A stretch of 64,000 bases of DNA from an uncultured Clostridia bacterium (GTDB lineage Bacteria; Bacillota; Clostridia; TANB77; CAG-508). How positions within the stretch are numbered: the first letter of the stretch is position 1; every line of letters begins with the position of its first letter. Of the stretch, positions 23,701 through 35,700 are shown piece after piece. The translations under genes and the position numbers were made by a program. The stretch covers positions 1,191-65,190 of the forward strand of contig CAJUSU010000001.1 in the NCBI GenBank assembly GCA_910589185.1, in the 5' to 3' direction. The notes under the pieces are model-generated. The model had not been told where the DNA came from. It searched no databases and saw only the letters and a list, made by a program, of their open reading frames with translations.

Positions 23701-26700
23701 TCAGCAACAAGCACAGAGCAAGTTATTGCCTTAAAAGATGACGGAACTGTTTGGGGTTGGGGATATAGTACCCTAGGAGCATTAACAGATGTTGGAGGCT
23801 CTACTCCAAAACAAATTGCCGGAAAAACCAATAGAATGAAAGACATTGCTAGTATTTCAGCAGGATATTACGCAGGACTAGCCATTACAGATGAAGGAAA
23901 AGTCTTAGGTTGGGGAACAAATGGCTTTGGCGGACTTGGTAATGGAACAACCACCAATACCGCTACACCTACTCATGTAATGGAAAGTGCTACAAAAGAA
24001 CTAGATCAAATCTTTATTATCGCAATGGGCAAAAATTACAGTGTTTATGCAAAAGAAGATGGAAGTGTATGGGCAACTGGTACTAACGAATTTGGACAAC
24101 TAGGAAATACCTCAACAGTCACCATTCATACACCAGAAAACATCAGTCAAGACTACATCAGTACTAACAAATTAGAATTGGTATTCCATGAATTGAATGT
24201 AGAACAACCAATTAACGCTACTTATAACTTTGGATTTAATTTATATAACAACTCAGCAGACGTAAAATTCACTTATACATCAGAAGATGACACAGTAGCA
24301 GCAGTTGGCGAAAATGGTATGGTAACTTCAAGAAATATTGGCAAAACCTATATCAATATTACCGCAGGAGAGTTAACAAGAAGGGTAGAGGTAAATGTAC
24401 TAGCACCACAAGAAATTGCAGCAATGGACGCACAGGGTGGTTTAAGACATACCTTAGCACTCAAAACAAATGGAACTCTATGGGCATTTGGAGATAATAG
24501 TTATGGTCAATTAGGTTTAGGAAGTGTAGAAAGTACAACTTACCATAAGCCACAAGAAGTAAAATTACCAGAAAATACAAAATTCACCAAAATTGCAGTA
24601 GGTAGCAACCACAACTTAGCATTAGATACAAATGGAAATGTATATGGCTTTGGACTAAACGCAAACGGACAACTAGGTAACAACACAAATACAAACAGCG
24701 GAGAATTAGTCAAAGTAGAAGGTTTAACCAACATTGTTAAAATAGCAGCCTACAAAAATATGAGTATGGCATTAAACCAAGACGGAGAACTATTCGTATG
24801 GGGAGAAGGTTATAGTAAACAACCTGAAAAGGTAGATTTCCACGCAAAAGTCATTGATATGACAGGAAGAATACTCCTATCAGAACAAGGCACAGTATGG
24901 AATATGAAAAACCTAAATGAGAAAACACCAACCTTAACCAATATTGTAGAAATCGCGTCAGGAGATAGCCACAACTTAGCTTTAAAAGCAGACGGAACAG
25001 TATATGGATTTGGAGCAAATAACTACGGACAACTAGGTACAGGAAATACTACTAATGCAGACAAACCAGTAGTGATTTCAAACTTACCAAAAGTAGAATC
25101 AGTCAAAGCTAACCTATACACCTCTTATGTACTAACTAGTGCAGGAGAAGTATATAGCTTTGGAAGAAATACAAAATCAAGCTTAGGACAAAACACAAGT
25201 GCTACTTATAACATGGCTCCTACGAAGATAGATAGCACAAAAGTACAAAGAATTTCAGCAGGTCAAAACTTCGGTATCTATGTCAATGATGAAGGATTTG
25301 TATACTCTTGGGGTAATAATGATTATGGACAACTAGCACAAGACGAAAAAGAAATAATTACTCCTAGCGTAATTGGAACTGTCAAAGTACAAACAGACAA
25401 AGACTACATCACTATCGAAGAAGGAGAAACCAAAGGCATTAGCGCTACTTTAAATAATACCTTCAATTTAAGAAAAGATGTTATCGCAAGTGACGGCTTT
25501 ACCTTTGAAAGTATGAATACAGGAATTGCTACAACACAAGACATTCGAGTAACAGGTGTCAAAGAAGGAATTACTCCTATCGTAATTTCACACCCAGCAT
25601 CAGAACAAAAATCAGCAATTTATGTAGAAGTCGTAAGACCAAACGCAAAATCAGTTATCGACCTAAAAGCAGGTACAGACTTTAACTTAGCACTAAAAGC
25701 AGACGGAAGCTTATGGAGTTGGGGTTCAGGAACTTATGGAAAACTAGGTGTGGGAAGCCTAGACAACCATAATGAACCACAAGTAATTCAAACAGCTTCA
25801 AGAACAAGACAAATTGCAACCGGTTTAGAACACATCGTAGTTTTATCAGAAGAAGGAAAAGCCTATACTGCAGGTAAGAATGGTAACGGACAATGTGGAA
25901 ATGGAACCAGTGTAAATAGTAAAGACTTAACCAATGTGTTAAATGAAAATGGAAAACCATTAGAAAATCTTGTTATGGTAGCAGCACATGGTAATACAAC
26001 CTACTTATTAGACAATGAAGGAATTGTATATGCTTGTGGAGCAGGCTATAACAAAGTAGCTACCAAAATAGCAAACTTACCAAAAATGGCACAAATTAGT
26101 GGTAACTATGGTATCACAATGGATAAGAAAGTATTTGACTTAAGCACAGGAAGCCAAGTTGAAAAATTAGAAAACATTATCAAAATCGCACAAGGCGATA
26201 ACCACACCTTATTCTTAAGCCAAGCAAAAACAGTATATAGCTTAGGAACAAACACCAATGGACAAGGTGGAATTGGTACAAAAACCAATATCATGACACC
26301 AACACAAGTAAAAAACAATGTCGGAACTGGAATTTTAACTGGTGTAGTAGACATTGCAGCAGGAAAGAATTTCAGTATGGCAGTTCTAGACAATGGAACA
26401 GTTTATACTTGGGGTTCAAATGAAAATAACAAACTAGGAACAGACCAAGTAAATGACCAAATCTTACCTAGAAGAAATACCAATATCCAAAATGCAATGA
26501 AAGTAGCAGCAGGAACTAACCATGCAGCCTTCGTAGCAAATGACGGTAGGGTATATGCTTGGGGTAATGGAGAAAATGGTACACTTGGAAATGGTGTAGA
26601 CGCAAACTCTACCCAGCCAGTATTAGTAGGTTCAGAAGAAGTAGTGGTGGACAACCACCATGTAACACTACATATTGATGAAGAAATCACATTAAATGCA

Positions 26701-29700
26701 AATGTCAAATCTTTTAACCTAATTCAAGATTTAGAAAAAGGAAGTTTAACCTATAAGTTAAATGATAATAGTATAGCAACCATTGATAATAATGGAAAAA
26801 TTACAGGAGTAAAAGAGGGAGTTACCTCTGTTACAGTAACACAAGATGGAACTGACCACCAAGCAATTGTACAAGTAACCGTAATTAGAAAAAATGCAAA
26901 TGTTAATCCATTAGTTAAAACTACAAATTCAAGTAATGTTATCCTAAAAGCAGACGGAACTGTTTGGACCTATGGTGCAAACGATAACGGAGAATTAGGA
27001 AATGGAAACAACACAGCTTCTGATAACTTAAATCAAGTAGTATTTAACCCAGAAGTTAAAATCAAAGAAATTGCAGTTGGAGAAAATCATGTGTTAGCAT
27101 TAGACGAAAACGGTGAAGTATGGGCGTGGGGCTCAAATAGCTATTATCAATTAGGAACATCAGAAATAGCAAGTAGTAATCAACCTATCAAACTAGAACT
27201 AGGAAGTAAAGCCATCAAAATAGCAGCAGGTCATAACAGTTCTTATGCAATTACAGCAGACAATAGCTTAATGGCTTGGGGACTAAACACGGACGGACAA
27301 CTAGGACTAGGAAATAATGATAATAGACTATTACCAACTAAAGTAAGAACTTTGAAAAATGTATTAGATGTTACAGCTGGTAAATCACATACGGTCATCG
27401 TAACCACAAATGGAACAGTTTATACAACTGGAAATAACAGTTTTGGAAGTTTAACTGGTGATGACTATAAGAGAAATACTTTCAAGGTAGCTACAAACTT
27501 GTCAAACATTGCATACATTTCAGCAGGGGAATATCACAATATGGCACTAAGTACCAAAAATGAAGTATATGTATGGGGCTATAACGTATATGGTCAATTA
27601 GGTACAGGAAATACAAGCAATATAAACCAACCTGTTAAAGTAGATATTGCCAATGCAAAACAAGTTTCAAGCGGAAAATCACATTCTAGTATCTTAACCA
27701 AAGAAGGTAAGCTATATAGTACAGGACTAAACAGTTTAGGACAACTAGGAACCACTAGCAAAGACAACCAAGTAACCTTTACATTAGTAGACACCATTGA
27801 TGAAGTATATGGAATTGACACAGGAAACACTTATGATATGGCAATCAAAAATGATGGTACTGTATGGGCTTGGGGAGACTATTACCACGGTACAAATGCT
27901 ATTAGAACAAAATCAAATAGTAGAGTACCTACACAAATTGGTATCCAAAATTTCTACCTTGTAGAGAATGACATTAGTGTTAATAAAGACACCAGTAAGC
28001 AGTTACAAGTTAACCCACAATTTGAGTTCAATGTATTTGAAAATAATACATTAGAAAACAATTTCAGCTATATTTCCTTAAATGAAGATATCGCAGTAGT
28101 GGACGAAAACGGAAATGTAACAGGTAAAAAAGTAGGAACCACTTGGGTAAAAGTAATAGAAAACACTAGCAAAGCAGAACAAATTGCTATTATCCGTGTG
28201 ACTGAACCGGGAAATAAAGTAGCACCAAAAGTAGCAGGTGGAATTAACTATGCAGTTGTATTAAAAGCAGATGGTAGTGTATGGAGTTTTGGATATAACT
28301 CAAATGGTCAGCTTGGAGATTCTAGCTTCGTAGCTTCTAAAGTACCAAAAGAAATCAATATCCTAAAATCTTATACAGATATCACAGCAGGAGATAACTT
28401 TACCTTAATTCTAAAGAATGACGGAACAGTATGGAGTGTAGGAGATAACCAATATGGTCAATTAGGACTAGGGGATAGAACCTCACGTCAAACACCAACT
28501 GTCATTCCAAACCTTGAAAATGTTGTTAAAATTGCAGCAGGAAGCAAACATAGTATAGCTCTAACCAAATATGGAGAAGTCTATACATGGGGTGCTAACA
28601 CCAATGGTAAATTAGGAATTGGAAACCTTGATACCAAAGACTTACCAGTCAAAGTAGAAATTCCAGGTGCTAACATTATTGATGTAGCAGCAGGAGAAGG
28701 ATATATTGCCTTAGTAGACAGTAATGGAACAATCTATGTTAGCGGAAAATTAGGAAGTATTGAAAGCAAAGTTCCGGTAGCCGTTAGTGGAATTGCAAAT
28801 AGCGCTAAAGCCGCAGCAGGTAAAGACTTAATCGTACTTACCAAAGAAGGAAATGTAGTTCAAGTTGGGGAACAAACTACTACCCTTTATAGTAGTAAAG
28901 ATGCAGTCGATATCGCAGCAAAAGGAACTAACTATTTAATCTTAAATAACAGCGGAAAACTATTTGACGGAGGCATTAGTAGCAATGGAGAAATCGGAGA
29001 GGTTCTAACTATTGGTAGTGGTATGAATAATACCTACTATATCGCTACAAGCGGTCTAGTTTATAGTAAAGGACAAAACCAATATGGTTCACTAGGAAAT
29101 GATACAACTGATAATTCAGAAGAATATACCCTAGTAGGTAAACGTAGCTTTACCGTATCACCAAACAATATCTTAATGAGTACCAACGACATCAAAGACT
29201 TAACCTTAACTTCAGAAAGATATAATGTGTTAAAACAAGATAATAGAACCATTAACGATTTTGATTGGGTATCAAATGATACAAATATTGTTACAGTCGA
29301 GGCACCTGCTCAAATTAAAGCAATTGCCGAAGGTGAAACAACTATCACAGTGACACAAAAAGACACAGGAGCAGAAGTAGAAGTAATGGTAGTTGTAGAA
29401 CCATTAGAGGCACAGAGGTTAGAAAAATTAGCAGTTAATGAAGTAGATGCACAAGTATCAGGAGCCAAAAAATATGAAGTAACCATTGCAACAGATAAAG
29501 ACAACGGAAGTCTAGTTATTACAACAAAAGACAAAACAGACAAAATTAGTATTGATGGTGGAACAACGTGGTTTGAAAATGGAAGCCTAACACAAGTGGT
29601 TAGCTTACCAAACTCTGTTACACAAATTCCAATTAAAGTACAAACTTCAAATGGAACCGTATTTGATTACACCTTAGATGTTATCAAACAATCTACTATA

Positions 29701-32700
29701 ACGACTTTAGAAAGCCTAACAGTTAATGGCACAGAAGCAACAGCAACAGGTGGAACTAACTACTCTATTGTAGTAGAAGACGCAGACTTAGCAACAGTCA
29801 AAGCAGTTACTACACATCAGCAAGCTAAAGTAGGAATTGATAGCAATAGCGTAAAAGTTCATGAAGCAACTGAAGATTTATCTTTAGTAGATACTTTAAT
29901 TAGAACAGTACCAATTCAAGTCATTGCAGAAAGCGGAAAAGAAGTCAACTATGTATTAACCATTTACAAAAAATCAGCAGTAACAGAATTAGAAAGTGTT
30001 ACAGTTGACGGAAAAGAAGCTACTAAAAATAACCACTTAAATTATAGTATGGTTGTAGAAAAAGACTCTACCCAAGTAGATGTAAAAGCAATAGCACTAT
30101 ATGATTTAGCTAATGTTAACATCAATAACTTAGGAGCAGAGGTCAAAGAAACAACAAGAACCATTACTTTAACAGGAGATGTAACAATTGTTAAAATCAA
30201 AGTTGGAATGGGAGAAGAAGAAAAAGAATATACTTTGACCATTACCAAGAAGGTAGACGGTTCTGACTTAGCTGACTTATTTGTTAATGGTGAAAAAGCA
30301 ACTAAGGTAAGTGACAATCAATATGAGGCAGTTGTAGCAAGTAACAGTCAAACCGCAGAAGTATTGGCAATTGCAGCAGTAAATACAAGTAATGTTCAGA
30401 TTGGAAGCAACGCTCAAGAAGTAGGAAGTTCAAAAGTAGTAGTTGCTACTCCTGACAATAGCAATATTTACACTATTACCATTACAGACGCAGAAGATGT
30501 TAGCAAAACTGCAACTTATACCCTAACCATTAAAAAGCCATCAACAGATAATAGTTTAAAATATATTCGTATTTCTAATAATGAAATATCAGTAGATGCA
30601 ACAAGAGATGCGGGAACCGATACTTATAGAGTAAAAATCAATGAGAAGTACGAGAACTTAACTATTACAGCAGTCGCAAATTATGAATTAGCAGAAGTTG
30701 CCATTGAAACTAACAGTTATCAAGTAAAACAAGACACTTTAGCATATACCTTTAACACAGAAAGCGCAACCTTGCAAATTAAGGTAAAAGCACAAGACGG
30801 AGACGAAAAAACTTATACTTTAATTTTAGAAAAACAGTCAAGCGATGTTACCTTAGAATATGTTAAAGTAAATGGAGCAAATGCTGTTAAATCAGCAGAA
30901 AAAGCAGATACTTATGAAATTACCTTGACACAAAAAGTAGATGACGTAACAGTGGAAGCAAAAACTACTGATGAAGCAGCAGAAGTAGCATTAAACAATA
31001 TTGTTTATGAACTACAAACTATTACGAAACAAATTGCTATGGACGCGAAAGAAATTACTGTTAAAATCAATGTCAAAGCAGAAGATGGTACCACCAAGAC
31101 TTATGACTTAATTATTCATAGTGTACCAGATAACACTAAATTAACAGAAATCACAGTCAATGGTGTAACTGCTGTCTTACAACCATATTCTAATAAATAT
31201 GTGGTCAGAGTACCAAGCAATTTAACAACTTATGCAGTAACTGCAAAAGCAGAAGATAGCTTGGCAATGGTTAAAATAGATAACTTTGATGCTATCTTAG
31301 CACAAAGTACACAAAATATAGCCAAGACAGAGCCAGCACCTACTAAAGTAGCAATAGAAGTTACGGCTCAAGATAAAGAAAGTAAAGAACAATATGAATT
31401 AGAAATCTACCCAAGGTCACAAGATACTATCTTAGCATACTTAAAAGTAGATGAAAGCTTTGTAGAACCAGCAGATGATGGACAATACTATGTCAAAGTA
31501 GTTAACTCTACAACAAGTGTTAAGATTGAGGCAAAGGCTGGGGACGAAAATGCAACAACAGGAATTAACAAAGCAGGAACCACTAATATTGTGACAGAAG
31601 TAGGAACCTTAACAGGAGATGTTACTGTATTTGATATTATAGTTACCGCAGAAGACGGAAATACAAAGACCTACAAGCTAAATGTAGAAAAACTATCTAA
31701 TGATACCAGTATCGTAGGAATTTATGTGGACGGAAATGAGGTAATCGCAGTAGATGGAAAATATGTAGCAAAAATCGGAAATAATACTACCTGCTTAGTC
31801 AAAGCAATTGCTACAAATCCAGATGCAAAAGTATCTGTTGACGGAAACACAGATGCAGTAAAAGAAAATCAAAATACAGTGGACGTTAACGAAGAAGAAA
31901 AAACAATAGAAATTACAGTGACCGCACCAGACGGTACAAAGAAAATCTATCCACTAACACTACAAAGAAATTCAACAGATAATACATTGTTATCTATTTC
32001 AGGAAAAGATGTACCAGAAGATGCAGTAGTTCAAACTTCTGAAACCACTTACCAAATGATCGTATCAAATGAATTAACGAAGTTAGAATTAACCGCAGTT
32101 ACTTCAAGTAAAGTAGCAGAAGTAAAAATTGGGGATAACAGTTATGAAGTAAATACACAAACAAAAGAAGTTACTTTACCAAATGATACCAATACAGTGA
32201 TTATCACAGTAAAATCAGAAAGTGGAGAAGAAAAAGAGTATACATTAACCATTATCAAGAAATATGTTCTAACTTTAGATAGTATTACAGTAGACGGAGT
32301 AGCCGCAGAAAAACAAGAGGACGGAACCTATATTGCATGGGTAGACCCTACAAGCACACAAAGTAATGTGGTGGTAACACCAACCTCAAGTAAAGTACAA
32401 GTAAAAGTAGGAGAAACCATTAACAATATTGGAACTACAAACTATACAGTAGCTACCACAGAAGATGAAACAATTAGCAAAATTATTGTGAAATCACCTA
32501 TTGAAGAAGACCAAGTAGAATATACGTTAAAGATTATGAAAAAATCTCAAGATACTACACTAGAATATGTCAAAGTAGACAGTCAAGTAGGAACAGAAGA
32601 AGATGATGGAAGCTATACTGTCAAAGTGCCAGTACAAGATAATAGTTATACAATGGAAGTAAAAACAACAAGTCCTTATGCTCAGGTTAAAATTGAAGAT

Positions 32701-35700
32701 AACGCATTTGCATTGGGAACAGATAGTTATACTTTAAATTTAACAGGAGTAAATAGTAAGACAGTAACAGTTACTGTAAAGGCACAAGACGGAACAGAAA
32801 AAACTTATACCGTAAATGTACAAAAAGTATCTAGTGATAATACGCTTCAAACCGTTAAAGTCAATAATGTAGAAATCACAGAAGTAGACGGAATTTATAG
32901 AGCGTTTATCAAAGAAGATGTGACAAATGCTAACTTGTATGTAGAAACCACCCATAGTGGAGCAACTATCAAGTTAGGAGAAGATGACGAAAAAGTACAT
33001 ACTGTTACAAAAGATATCACAATGGACCAAACAGAAAAGACAATTGCAATGAAGGTAACTGCTGAAGACGGAAGTGTAAAACAATATACTGTTATTATTG
33101 CAAAAGAATCTTCTGATATTGAAATCCAAAGTGTAAAAGTTGACAATAAAGGTGCTATTGTCGTAGATGAAAGTACTTACTACATTACAGCAACACCGGG
33201 AGCGACAGAGGCAGAAGTAGAAGTTATCGCAGCAAACCAATATGCTGGTGTTCAAATCAATGGAAGCGCAAAACAGACAGGTAAAAACACAGTAAAAGTA
33301 ACCTTACCAGCAAATCAAAAAGTGGTAGCTGTACCAATTGTCATCACAGCACAAAACGGAAAAGATAGTAAAACTTATACTTTAAACATTGAGCAAGTAT
33401 CGAATAATACGAATATCATCAAAGTAACTGTCAATGGAAAAGATGTTACAACTTATGATGAAGAAACAAAAACTTATACACATATTGTAGACTATTCAGT
33501 AGACGAAGCTACCGTTACTGTGGAAACAGAAAATGCGGAAGCAACTGTCAGAATAGAAGCGGGGGCATTTAGTAAACATACTGCTACGGAAAATGTATCA
33601 ACTGCCGGAGAAATCAACGATATTACCATTACAGTAGTTGCAGAAGATGGAACAACAGAAAATAGAACATTAGTCATCAAGAAATTATCACAAGATGCAT
33701 CTATCTTAAAATTATTTGTCAATGATGTAGATATCGCTGCAAATGATGACGGAAGCTATACAGCAGAAGTAGTAGAAAGTGAAACAAAGGCAACTGTAAG
33801 AATTAAAACCACGAATAAAGATGCTCAAATCTTATTAGATGGAACCGCATTAGAAAATAAGGGAGAAGGAACAAAAGAATATACCACAACAGGTACAAGA
33901 CAGATAACTGTTCCAATTAAAATCATAGCAGAAGATGGCATTACAACAAAAGAAACTACTTTGACGATTAACATTGTGTCAGACAACAAGAATTTAGAAT
34001 ATGTCAAAGTAAATGGAGTAGTTGTAACAGAGTATGACGAAGACACTTCTACATATCAAGCATTTATACCAGCAACAGCTGCCACTGCTAGTGTTGAAGT
34101 AAAAGCTATCAGCCCTTATGCTACATTAAATATTGATGGAAATACTGCTACACAAGTAATTACTTACACAGCTACAACAGATGCAGATATTACTTATGTT
34201 TATGTAGATGTCATTGCAGAAAATGATAGTGTAAAAACCTATACAATTGCTATGCAAAAGGAATCAACAGATAATACCTTAAAAGACTTATACAAAGATG
34301 GTACACAAGTAGACCCAGAAGAAGATGAAAACTATATTATCAATGTACCAGAAGATACCTTAGAACTTACCTTAAAAGCAATTGCTAATAATGAATATGC
34401 CACAGTAGCAATTGGTAATGAAACAGCAGAAGTAAAAGAAACCACTAAGACAGTTACCTTAGCAACTGGCAAAACAACTACTGTTAATATTACTGTAACT
34501 GCACAAGATAAATCACAAAGAGTTTATACAGTAACCATTAACAAAGTATCTGCTAATAATAATATAGAATATGTCAAAGTAAATTCAAATGTTATTACCA
34601 ATTATGATGCAGATACCAAAACTTATGAAGCATTTATACCAGCAGGAGCAACAAGCGCTAGCTTGGAAGTTCAGTCTGAAAATGCTTATGCACAAGTCGA
34701 AGTATTAGACGCCATAGGAACACATAATGTTAATACTACCGTAACCATAGATGAGGAGGAAACTCTCGTATCTGCTATTGTTACAAGTGAAACCGGAGTG
34801 GAAGAAACTTACTACATCAGGCTAATCCGAATTTCAACAGATAATAGCATCAAACAAATCTATGTCAATGGTACCTTGATAGAACAAGACGAGGACGGTA
34901 ACTACATTGCAGAAGTTGCAGAAAATAGCAAAGATGCTCTTGTCAAAGTAGTAGCAAACAATAAATACGCAAGCGTTCAAATAGCCAATGGGGAGGCTAA
35001 AACGGAAGCTAGCGAGGAAACTGTAACACTATCTACTGACAAAATCACCAATGTTGCAATTACTGTTACTTCACAAAGTGGAACTGTCGCAAACGAAACT
35101 TTAATTATCAAGAAAGTATCAGATGATACGGGTATTAACACAGTGCTAGTCAATAGCATTGAATGTAAAAACTATGATGAAACTACTAAGACTTACACAG
35201 CCTATATTGGAGCAGATGTAGATCAGTCTGAAGTAGCTGTTATGGCAAATAGCCAAGGGGCAACAGTTACAATTGAAGATGTAACAGGAACAGGAAATGC
35301 TAATAAAACAGTTGCAACTACTGCACAAACTACGAAGTTAGCAGTAACCATTACTTCTGAAACAGGCAAGACAGCAAAATACACTATTCTAATTGTAAAA
35401 GAATCTGCAGATGCAACAGTAGAGTTAATCAAAGTAAATGACAAAGAAGTACAAGCACCTTATGATGTAACCATTAAGAAATTAGACACAAAAGCAAAAA
35501 TCTATGTAAAAGCAACCAATAGTAATGCCATTGTAAAAATAGGAGATGAAGCGGCAGAAAAAGGAAGCAGCGAGGTAACACTTACTATCCCACTAGAACA
35601 AGAGGTTATCGTAGTACCAGTTGTTGTAACTGCTCAAAACGGTGTTGCAAAAGAAACTTATAACATTACTTTAAGAAGAATTAGCAATAATACAGGAATT

